Origin: Candidatus Electronema halotolerans | GTDB lineage: Bacteria > Desulfobacterota > Desulfobulbia > Desulfobulbales > Desulfobulbaceae | Length of the DNA stretch: 32,000 bases | Reading direction: 5' to 3' | Assembly (NCBI GenBank): GCA_942493095.1 | Contig: OW818675.1 | Span: 510,001-542,000 of the forward strand | Part shown: positions 16,702-23,890 of the stretch, piece after piece | How positions within the stretch are numbered: position 1 is the stretch's first letter | Layout of the letters: each line of letters opens with the position of its first letter | Program-made: the position numbers and the translations under genes | Notes under the pieces: generated by a model | The model's input: only the letters and a program-made list of their open reading frames with translations | Told to the model about the DNA's origin: nothing | The model's database searches: none

Positions 16702-18981
16702 TCACAGCTCGTTGTTCCGACCGGAATTCTTTTCGTCAGATGCCGCCAAGGACTGCAAGACCAGCTCCGCGACATCATGGACCGCAATTTTTTGCTCAAG
16801 CCCGCGCTGCCGGACAGCATTATCGAGCATTTTCAGACAATAGGGGCAGGCGACCGCAATAATGTCCGCGCCCGTATCCAGAGCCTCCTGCACCCGCATT
16901 GCGCCGAGATTCTCGGCAGGCTGCTCCTTGAAGATGCCGCCACCACCACCGCCGCAGCAGAGGCTCTGCCGCCGGTTGTGGGCCATCTCAACCAAGGTGA
17001 AGCCGGGAATGCTGCTGAGTATCTGGCGCGGAGCATCATAGACACCATTATAGCGTCCCAAATAGCAGGGGTCATGATAGGTGACAGTCCGGCGCAGCTC
17101 CTTGACCGGACGGACAGTGCCTTCCTGGATCAGCCGCCAGAGCAGCTCAGTGTAATGCTCCGCAGGCAGGTTCAGCCCCTCATAGTATTGGCTGAACGCG
17201 GTCAGGCAGTGCGGCGAGGCAGTCACCATCTTCTGCACACCAGCCTCAGCAAGGGCTGCCCTGTTTTTTGCCGCCAATTTGTTGAAAGTGGCAGTGTCGC
17301 CGCTCCGATGGGCCAAGTCGCCGCAACAGCTTTCCTTGTCACCCAAAGTGCGCACAGAAAGCCCAGCGGTTTGCAGCAGCCGCAGCAAAGCTCGACCCGC
17401 CATTTTGTTCCGCTGCGCCGGAGTCTCGTCATAGGCCGTGGTGCAGCAGGTGAAGAGACAGTATTCCGTTTCCGGTGTGACAGCGGGAAGGGCGGCATCT
17501 CCTGCCCAAGCAGCCCGCTGCGCCGGAGCACCCTGCCACGGATTGTTCTGTTCTTTGAGACTGTTCAGCGGTGCTTGCAAATATTCTGGAATCTTACCAG
17601 ACTGGATGTTCCGCTGCCGGATGGTTCTGGTCACATCAATAATTTCAATGCCGCGTGGACAGTTCTCCACACAGGCGTTGCAGGTCAGGCAGTTCCAGAC
17701 GTTTTTGTCAACGTCCTCGACCGTGGCCGAGTCTGTGGAAATCGCCCGCAGAATCCGCCGGGCACTGTACGTGCTGACATTGTTGACCGGACAGACCGTG
17801 GTGCAGGTGCCGCACTGCATGCAGGCCATAAAGGTTTCATCAAGGTCTTTTTTCAAGGACTCGGCGTTGACCGTGGAAGGCTGGACCGCCTTTTTCTTGA
17901 CTGTGGTCAGAAAGATGGCAAAGGGCCGGTAGAAGAGATGCGACCACTTGCCAAAAGGCACTTCAATGATCAGCATGGGCACGGCAATCGCCAGATGCAC
18001 CACATACATGATGTAGGTCGGCAGCGGCCAGTTGCCAATGCGGAACAGGTGCATGACCATGCCGGACAAGGCGGTGAGGAAAAGCAGAATCAGGAAGAGC
18101 CAGTCTGTGGCATGGGAATAGCGATGGAGTGCCTCCTCCTTGGTCTTGTAGCGGCTCCAGAGCTTTTCCCCGGAAAAATACAGGATGGTGCCAGCGGCGT
18201 AATACCCGAAGATGCTGGTGAAATGCCATTCTGCCGTGTCCCGCTGAAACCAGCGGATAAAGACCACGATCAGGAGCATCTTGGTCATGTAGCCGGTCAT
18301 GAGGAGGAAATGCTTGAGCCAGCGCGAAATTTTCTTGGTATCGCTCGTGCAGCCCCGCCAGCGTTTCTGGGTGGCGAAATGGATGAGGAACTGCTTGGCC
18401 TCACTGAGCAGAAGGCTGGGCGGCACTGAGCTGTCGCCCATGATGTGGCGGTACATGCGGAACAGATTCGTGCCCAGAAACAGGGTCAGAATGCCGGTCA
18501 TGAGCAGGTCGCCCATTTCAATCCAAGCGACCGGAGCAAAGGTGTTCAGTGCCACCCGGTCTGTGATCACCGGGCCATGAAAGAGCACGAACATCAGAAT
18601 GATGCCAAGGGAGAGCGTGGCCAAGGAGCCGATTTCCCACGCCTTGGAAAGATACAATTTTTTCGCCAGTCCAGTCCAATCCAGCTCCGTGGTCAGCCAG
18701 CGGCGGACCGCCATCATGGTTTCCGCCGGTTCTGCGCCGCGTGGACAACGGATGTTGCAGTCGCCGCAATAGTAGCAGAGCCACGGCTCTGGCGCGGCCA
18801 GCAGCTTGTCCTTCAGACCGAGCTGGATATAGCGGTATATTTTCCGGGGAAAGGCATGGCTGCTCTCAGACAGGGAGCAGGAGGCGGAACAAAGACCGCA
18901 CTGCATGCACAGCTCCATGTCTTTGGCACCCAGCTCCTCAAGTTCCTTGTGCAATTCTTGCTGAACACTGTACTGTTTCAA
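16702..18981 (-). CDS. fusion protein: HdrC/QmoC-like 2x[4Fe-4S] + NarI/HdrE-like heme-b membrane domain + HdrD/DsrK-like ferredoxin and 2xCCG domains
   Basis: CMQCGLCSASC and CYYCGDCNIRCP, then ~6 TM segments with conserved His residues (HFLLMTGY, HLFRIG, HLAIAV, WSHLFYRP), then CMQCGTCTTVCP and CLTCNACVENCP. CCG motifs are CCTTAY...CCGD and DPCYLGRY...CCGGGGG. Confidence 0.85.
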   Translation of the reverse strand: MKQYSVQQELHKELEELGAKDMELCMQCGLCSASCSLSESSHAFPRKIYRYIQLGLKDKLLAAPEPWLCYYCGDCNIRCPRGAEPAETMMAVRRWLTTELDWTGLAKKLYLSKAWEIGSLATLSLGIILMFVLFHGPVITDRVALNTFAPVAWIEMGDLLMTGILTLFLGTNLFRMYRHIMGDSSVPPSLLLSEAKQFLIHFATQKRWRGCTSDTKKISRWLKHFLLMTGYMTKMLLIVVFIRWFQRDTAEWHFTSIFGYYAAGTILYFSGEKLWSRYKTKEEALHRYSHATDWLFLILLFLTALSGMVMHLFRIGNWPLPTYIMYVVHLAIAVPMLIIEVPFGKWSHLFYRPFAIFLTTVKKKAVQPSTVNAESLKKDLDETFMACMQCGTCTTVCPVNNVSTYSARRILRAISTDSATVEDVDKNVWNCLTCNACVENCPRGIEIIDVTRTIRQRNIQSGKIPEYLQAPLNSLKEQNNPWQGAPAQRAAWAGDAALPAVTPETEYCLFTCCTTAYDETPAQRNKMAGRALLRLLQTAGLSVRTLGDKESCCGDLAHRSGDTATFNKLAAKNRAALAEAGVQKMVTASPHCLTAFSQYYEGLNLPAEHYTELLWRLIQEGTVRPVKELRRTVTYHDPCYLGRYNGVYDAPRQILSSIPGFTLVEMAHNRRQSLCCGGGGGGIFKEQPAENLGAMRVQEALDTGADIIAVACPYCLKMLDNAVRQRGLEQKIAVHDVAELVLQSLAASDEKNSGRNNEL

Positions 18982-19069
18982 GGTATGACTCCTCGCTTGC
19001 GTTGTATTTCAGTCTCTCAATATCCTTTGTTTTCTTTTTTTGTCACCGCCCCGCCGCACTGTGGGCAAC

Positions 19070-19083
19070 GCATGCAGCCTGCC
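19070..19083 (-). promoter_or_regulatory. weak sigma-54 promoter candidate for the hdr-like operon
   Basis: The minus strand reads GGCAG-GCTGC-ATGC (GG-N10-GC spacing), ~90 nt upstream of the ATG at 18981. It deviates from TGGCAC-N5-TTGC at several positions. Confidence 0.25.
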
Positions 19084-19341
19084 CATGATGCAGGTTGTTT
19101 TCCAACATCCTGATTTAGTTTAAATAATTTCAAACCTTGCCGTTAAGGCAACCTGTTGCAATAACTGTAATTTTTATTTTCACATCTCGCGGATTCTCAC
19201 TATAATCGGATAAAGACAAAAATGAAACACCATTAAGAGATGTCTGCGCGTAATTTTTACCCTGAAACCACAGAGTGGCATATTGAAAGCCGCCGTTTCC
19301 TGACAGGCTCAGGCTGCTGCCAAGCAACCTGAGCCACGCGC

Positions 19342-19683
19342 TCAATGCGTCTGCTCTTCTGCTGTCCCCAGCACCTTGGCGGCAATCACCTGTTTTGCCG
19401 TTGCATCTGGCTCCGGCTTTTTCCAGCTGATGAACTGCTCCAGCACCCGCATGTAGCTGCCATTGTCCTCTTGGCACTGAGGGCAGATTGACTCCGCCTT
19501 GTCACGGTACATGATGATTTTGCTGGCTGGCTCACCTGCCGCGCTCACTGCCGCCATTTTCCGGCAGCCGCAGTCCAGCCGCACCACAGCCACGCCGACC
19601 GCATCCGGGCTGCCCTCAAGAATGCCTGCAATCATCGCCTGTTCGCCCTGCTCTGGTGTTCTCGATGTTTTTTTGGATTTCAT
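19342..19683 (-). CDS. small Cys-containing hypothetical protein (113 aa)
   Basis: MKSKKTSRTPEQ... with CGC and CPQC pairs, suggesting a possible Zn ribbon. The track ORF starts at GTG 19707; I prefer ATG 19683. Confidence 0.5.
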   Translation of the reverse strand: MKSKKTSRTPEQGEQAMIAGILEGSPDAVGVAVVRLDCGCRKMAAVSAAGEPASKIIMYRDKAESICPQCQEDNGSYMRVLEQFISWKKPEPDATAKQVIAAKVLGTAEEQTH

Positions 19684-19956
19684 CTCTCTGTTCTGTTTTT
19701 GTTGCACAACATCAACTGCGCTTGCCCCGCTCGCTTACCACAGAATGCCTTATAACCCTGTTTGCCGACAGAGACAAGCATTATCCAACTTGCAGCTTGC
19801 ATCCAGCCCATAAAGAACAGCTCAAGACAAAAATGCCATTTCTGCATCATAATTGTCATGACATCCTGAAAGCAGAATCATCCAGCTCGCCGTCCCGCGC
19901 TTGACGGTCACAGGCAATGTCTTGTTATTGAAAGATATTCATCGCAAGAAAACTTC

Positions 19957-19972
19957 TGGCATAAACCTTGCT
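19957..19972 (+). promoter_or_regulatory. sigma-54 (-24/-12) promoter
   Basis: TGGCAT (19957-19962), AAACC, TTGCT (19968-19972). This is a near-consensus TGGCAC-N5-TTGCW with correct GG-N10-GC spacing, 52 nt upstream of the NifB-like ATG. Confidence 0.55.
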
Positions 19973-20023
19973 GTTCTTATTCAAAAAAGCTCTGAAGTTT
20001 GAACTCCGCATCGAAAACAGACC

Positions 20024-21160
20024 ATGAATATTCCGTGTGAAAAACAAGCCTGCGCCCGCTCCATGCAGATCGACAGCCTTGTTCTGCCTATTGCGCCGCA
20101 GGCTGTCTGCGGCAAACGTTTCTGCGGCGGCAAGGCGGCAGCAGCCATGTCCCCTGCCGAAGCGGTCGCATGGATCAGCGAGCTGATCAAAGGCGGCAAG
20201 ACTATCCACGGAGTGAACCTCTGCGGCCCGGGCGATGCCTTGGCTGCGCCGAACATCCTCTCCGCTGCTCTGGACTTGCTGCGGCAGCAGCATCCTGCAT
20301 TCAGCCTGCAATTGACGACTGCCGGACTGGGCGGGGCAGCCCTTGCCCCTGCTCTGGCGGAACAAGACCTTGCCCAAATCAACCTGCAAGTTGAGGCGGT
20401 TGATGCTGCAATTATCGAAAAAATTTATGCGTGGATTCGTCCGGGCAAGAAGACGCTGCCCTTGAGCCAGGCCGCAGAAATGCTCTGTGATGCTCAGGCG
20501 GAAGCGGTCATGGCTCTCAGCCAAGCTGGACTGACTGTCAATATCCAGACCACTGTTTATCCGGGCCTCAACGACCAGCACGCAGCAGCGATTGCCGAAA
20601 AGATGGCCGGATTGGGCGCGGCTTCCATGACCTTGCTGCCCTTTGAGCCTGCTGCTGAGGAAGAGGGGCCGTCCGCCTGTTCCGCCGCCTTGCTGGAGCA
20701 GACGAAAGAGGCTGCGGCAGTTCATCTGCGCCTGATCGACTATGGCTGCGTCTGCCTGACCCCGCCCAACAGCGGCAGCAGCTTTGCCGGAACCGTGCTG
20801 CCCAAGCCAAGCAAGGAGCGGCCCAATGTGGCTGTGGTCAGCAGCAGCGGCATGGAGGTCGATCTGCATCTTGGCCAGGCTGTCAAAGTGCTGATCTACG
20901 GGCCGCGCAGCGGTGACGAGCTGCCCTCTCTGCTGATGGTGCGCGATGCGCCGGAAGCTGGGGCAGGCGATTCCCGCTGGGAGGCATTGGCCCGTGAATG
21001 CCTGTTTGACTGCTTCGCCTTAGTGGCGGCCAAGGCTGGGGAAAATCCACAAAAGGTGCTGGCTGAACAAGGCATCAAGGTCCTGCTGGCTGAGGACAGC
21101 ATTGAAGGGCTGGTGGATGTGCTCTACGGCGGCGGCAAGAAACAAAAATGTAAAAAATAA
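20024..21160 (+). CDS. NifB-like protein (radical-SAM-like barrel + NifX/NifB C-terminal domain) with a non-canonical Cys motif
   Basis: LPIAPQAVCGKRFCGGK sits where NifB has VAPACNIQCNYCNRK. GPGDALAAP corresponds to GPGDPLAN. The C-terminal NVAVVSSSGMEVDLHLGQA...IKVLLAE is NifX-like. Confidence 0.7.
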   Translation: MNIPCEKQACARSMQIDSLVLPIAPQAVCGKRFCGGKAAAAMSPAEAVAWISELIKGGKTIHGVNLCGPGDALAAPNILSAALDLLRQQHPAFSLQLTTAGLGGAALAPALAEQDLAQINLQVEAVDAAIIEKIYAWIRPGKKTLPLSQAAEMLCDAQAEAVMALSQAGLTVNIQTTVYPGLNDQHAAAIAEKMAGLGAASMTLLPFEPAAEEEGPSACSAALLEQTKEAAAVHLRLIDYGCVCLTPPNSGSSFAGTVLPKPSKERPNVAVVSSSGMEVDLHLGQAVKVLIYGPRSGDELPSLLMVRDAPEAGAGDSRWEALARECLFDCFALVAAKAGENPQKVLAEQGIKVLLAEDSIEGLVDVLYGGGKKQKCKK

Positions 21161-21184
21161 TTCCCGTTCCAAGGAGAAAACAAA

Positions 21185-21490
21185 ATGGCAATTCCCAAGC
21201 GGCAGATTCTGCTCTGCCAAAGTTTCCGGGCCGCAGGCGACAAAAAAGGCATCTGCCACAAGCAGAGTGATGGTTTCCTGCAATACATTGAGGAAGAAGT
21301 GATTGATCGTGGCTTGGACTGTCTCGTCAGTGCCACCACCTGCCTCAAACAGTGCGAAAAAGGGCCGATCATGGTGATTCAGCCGGAAAACTGGTGGTTT
21401 GGCGGGGTGAACAGCGAGGAGGTCGTTGATGCCATTCTTGACGGTCTTGAAGAGGGCGAACCAGCAGCAGACTACCTGATTTCCGACTGA
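21185..21490 (+). CDS. thioredoxin-like [2Fe-2S] ferredoxin
   Basis: ILLCQSFR...GICHK...CLKQCEKGPIMVIQPENWWFGGV is the typical Cys pattern and fold signature. Confidence 0.85.
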   Translation: MAIPKRQILLCQSFRAAGDKKGICHKQSDGFLQYIEEEVIDRGLDCLVSATTCLKQCEKGPIMVIQPENWWFGGVNSEEVVDAILDGLEEGEPAADYLISD

Positions 21491-21942
21491 TGAGCGCATC
21501 TGCCCGCATCCGCCGGGCCGAGCAGGCCGACATTCCTGCGTTGCTCGACCTGCTGCAACTGCTCTTCAGCATTGAGAAAGATTTTGTTTTCAATGCGGCC
21601 AAACAGGAGCGCGGACTGCGCCTGCTCTTGGCCGAGAGCAGGGCAGCAGTCATGGTTGCCGCGCAGGACCGGCAGGTGATCGGTCTATGCAGCGGGCAGC
21701 TCCTGATTTCCACAGCCCAAGGCGGGCTGTCAGCGCTGGTGGAAGATGTCGTTGTCGCGCCCGCTTGGCAGGGCAAAGGAATCGGCAGGCAGCTTTTGGC
21801 AGCAATCAGTGCATGGGCGGTCAGTCATGGCGCGAGCCGGGTGCAGCTCCTTGCCGACCAGAATAACACCCCGGCCTCAGCCTTTTACCAAAAAACAGGC
21901 TTTCAAACGACAGCAATGATCTGTCTGCGGAAAATAATATGA
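21490..21942 (+). CDS. GNAT family N-acetyltransferase
   Basis: VEDVVVAPAWQGKGIGRQLL is the acetyl-CoA motif A (Q/RxxGxG/A). The start overlaps the ferredoxin stop (TGATG). Confidence 0.85.
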   Translation: MSASARIRRAEQADIPALLDLLQLLFSIEKDFVFNAAKQERGLRLLLAESRAAVMVAAQDRQVIGLCSGQLLISTAQGGLSALVEDVVVAPAWQGKGIGRQLLAAISAWAVSHGASRVQLLADQNNTPASAFYQKTGFQTTAMICLRKII

Positions 21943-22370
21943 AGATTCAGCCTTTGCAGAGCTTGCAGCCAATCAGTGGCTGGGAGGATTTTTTCCGGCA
22001 CGGCCAGGGCTATCTGAACGCCGCTGTCGGAGCGCACCGCAAGCAGGTGCAGGCCTTCACACCGGAGATTCTCTATAACTTGGCGGCAATGGCGATTGAG
22101 AAATTTGTCATGGCCGCCCTGATGCGGCACGGGGCCATGCCCTACAACCATACTATGGTGGATTTGGTTGAAGCGATGGAGAAAACCTTTCCGGGCAGAC
22201 TGGGGCAAATTCAAGACGACCTGCTCCGTTTAGATAAATACCAGGAAATCTGCGATCTGGACGGCTTCAAGATCAGTCCGCCAAAGCCGGAGGAAATCCC
22301 GGCCATGCTGGAAGTGGCAGAGAAGCTGCGGGAGCTGGTTCTTGGAGAGCTGCTTGCCTGCAACGTATAA
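21939..22370 (+). CDS. HEPN-like helical protein
   Basis: AAMAIEKFVMAALMRHGAMPYNHTMVDLVEAMEK resembles the HEPN 'A.EKalKA.l...G......H.l..L' helix pair. The start has a 4-nt overlap (ATGA) with the GNAT gene. Confidence 0.45.
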   Translation: MKIQPLQSLQPISGWEDFFRHGQGYLNAAVGAHRKQVQAFTPEILYNLAAMAIEKFVMAALMRHGAMPYNHTMVDLVEAMEKTFPGRLGQIQDDLLRLDKYQEICDLDGFKISPPKPEEIPAMLEVAEKLRELVLGELLACNV

Positions 22371-22399
22371 AAAACAAACAGATAAATCTGGTTGCGCAG

Positions 22400-22699
22400 A
22401 TGACAGAACGAAAGCTCGGTGTGGTCAAAGAAATCGTCGAAGAGGTGGGCATGGGCATTTCCCATGTCTATGAAGATTTGGTCTTTCTCGACCATAACGC
22501 CATCTTGCTCCAGTTCACCGATGACAGCAGCAAACTCCTGCTGCGCATCAACCGCGAGGCGGATCAAGAGACGGCTGCCAGTGGTGCGGCTCTGCTCAAG
22601 CAGGCGGGGTTGGCGCGGGAAATGCAGTTTGTGGAAAGCGGCAGCTATGCGCTGGCCCAGGACGGGCCGGAACAGGTGCGGATTGAGTTTTTCTCCTGA
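22400..22699 (+). CDS. hypothetical protein (99 aa)
   Basis: Co-oriented and tightly spaced within the operon. No family recognised and the start is uncertain. Confidence 0.5.
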   Translation: MTERKLGVVKEIVEEVGMGISHVYEDLVFLDHNAILLQFTDDSSKLLLRINREADQETAASGAALLKQAGLAREMQFVESGSYALAQDGPEQVRIEFFS

Positions 22700-22739
22700 G
22701 TTGTTTTAACGAAAATAATGCCTGAACGGAGGTCGGATC

Positions 22740-22961
22740 ATGGCAAAAGCAGATGTGGAAAAATTGCTGGAAGCAGGCGGCAAGGATAAGAAGATCAAGG
22801 CAAAATATGATGTTCCGGCCACCAAGGAAGAGTTTGTCGCCTTGGCAGCGCAGGACGGCTACAACTTCACCGTGGAGGAGCTGGAAGCTGTGCTCAAAGA
22901 ATCCGGCGATGTCTTTGAAAAATACGGCAATCCGCCTAAACGGTCAATTTGGTGGACATAG
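22740..22961 (+). CDS. Nif11-domain small protein / possible Nif11-type leader peptide
   Basis: GGAGG RBS. ADVEKLLEAGGKDKKIKAKY...KEEFVALAAQDGYNFTVEELEAVLKE matches the Nif11 N-terminal domain pattern, followed by the 19-aa tail SGDVFEKYGNPPKRSIWWT. Confidence 0.7.
   Translation: MAKADVEKLLEAGGKDKKIKAKYDVPATKEEFVALAAQDGYNFTVEELEAVLKESGDVFEKYGNPPKRSIWWT
22855..22961 (+). repeat. direct repeat copy A (functional 3' end of the Nif11-like gene)
   Basis: Aligns without gaps to 23891-23997, differing at 10 of 107 nt. Confidence 0.85.
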
Positions 22962-22968
22962 AAAGACA

Positions 22969-23005
22969 AAAGAAGGATGCAAGTAATGCATCCTTCTTTT
23001 TGTTT
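22969..23005. terminator. Rho-independent (bidirectional) terminator
   Basis: AAAGAAGGATGCA (22969-22981), loop AGTAA, TGCATCCTTCTTT (22987-22999), then TTTGTTT. This is a 13-bp stem. An A/T-rich run on the other side also gives a U-tract for the minus strand. Confidence 0.7.
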
Positions 23006-23056
23006 GACAGGATAGGCAATCTAAATCATTAGATTGATTTTAGCTGATTGCCTTTT

Positions 23057-23599
23057 TTACATTGGAATGCAGAACAACCTCTGGTCGAACGATTCCTTGC
23101 CGAATATGTACCAAACACTTCCTGCTGCACTCAAGCAGATTTTATGCACATCGAATGACAATGTCAAAGAAAGATCAGCACCCGCCAATCCTACATTTGG
23201 GTGAAAACCAACAGTTACGTTATGACTGTCAAAATTGTATGATGTGCACCATACTTTGGCACCTGCAACAATAAGACACACTTTAAGCTCTGCTTGCCAG
23301 TCTGATGGCGTTCCGCATACCTTTAATTCTCCCCCTATTCCTACGATTTTATACAGAGAAACTTCAAATGGTTGGGTTTTGCAGTTGTCAACAGTTTTCA
23401 GTGCGCCAAGAACAGGCATACGAGCTGCTGCTGCACGAACCATAGGAGCTGCTGTGGCAGGCTCTGCCGCATCTCTGCTAATAGCAGAGAGAATCTGCTC
23501 TTTAAGCTTGTCAACTGGCATGTCAGCATGCGCTGCCATCATCTGCCAATCTTTCTCGCTAACATGAGAAGATACAGCTTGTAATGTATCCTTTTCCAT
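23057..23599 (-). CDS. orphan hypothetical protein (180 aa from the second ATG)
   Basis: GGAGGA lies 7 nt before ATG 23599; the track ORF starts at 23614. Ala-rich helical N-terminal third, beta-rich C-terminal part with 6 Cys. No family recognised. Confidence 0.6.
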   Translation of the reverse strand: MEKDTLQAVSSHVSEKDWQMMAAHADMPVDKLKEQILSAISRDAAEPATAAPMVRAAAARMPVLGALKTVDNCKTQPFEVSLYKIVGIGGELKVCGTPSDWQAELKVCLIVAGAKVWCTSYNFDSHNVTVGFHPNVGLAGADLSLTLSFDVHKICLSAAGSVWYIFGKESFDQRLFCIPM

Positions 23600-23659
23600 T
23601 TTTACATCCTCCATGTAATTTGTTAACTTCCATCCAAGATAGATGGAATAATTTTGTCC

Positions 23660-23686
23660 ATTATAATTTGGCTAAAAAAAAATCAA
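23660..23686 (-). promoter_or_regulatory. sigma-70-type promoter candidate for the cassette-1 gene
   Basis: On the minus strand: TTGATT (23686-23681), 15 nt spacer, TATAAT (23665-23660). The spacer is shorter than optimal. Confidence 0.3.
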
Positions 23687-23890
23687 TAAAAAAGTATTGT
23701 TAGGAATAATTATTATTCTTGAAAGTAGGCAAAAATATAGTGTTGCAGGTTTCCGAAGCAGAGTGTTTTAAGGAGTGGTTCGCATTCAATTTGCTAATTT
23801 TACTTGCTTAATATTGGCACAGGCTAACGTAACAGAAAGTTGCAACACTATAGGTTCAGTTTATTAAAAAAAATGAAGAATGGAATAGGC

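Larger units (their letters stand above)
22962..23890. mobile_element. low-GC single-gene insertion ('cassette 1') between the two repeat copies
   Basis: Visibly AT-rich compared with the flanks. It contains its own terminators, one minus-strand ORF and an AT-rich promoter region. No recombinase gene is present. Confidence 0.45.

Noticed and set aside
14357-18429. Long plus-strand ORFs 14357..15514 (385 aa) and 16777..18429 (550 aa)
   Set aside because: Both are antisense to the two Hdr-type genes, whose FeS, FAD and CCG motifs are unambiguous. They are shadow ORFs.
19179-19206. Good sigma-70 hexamers on the plus strand (TTCACA-16 nt-TATAAT)
   Set aside because: No plus-strand gene follows. 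Transcription would run antisense into the 113-aa gene. Chance hexamers are likely in this AT-rich spacer.
19925-20869. 314-aa minus-strand ORF
   Set aside because: Antisense to the NifB-like gene. The sequence is low-complexity and Ala/Gly/Arg/Gln-rich, and no RBS is present.
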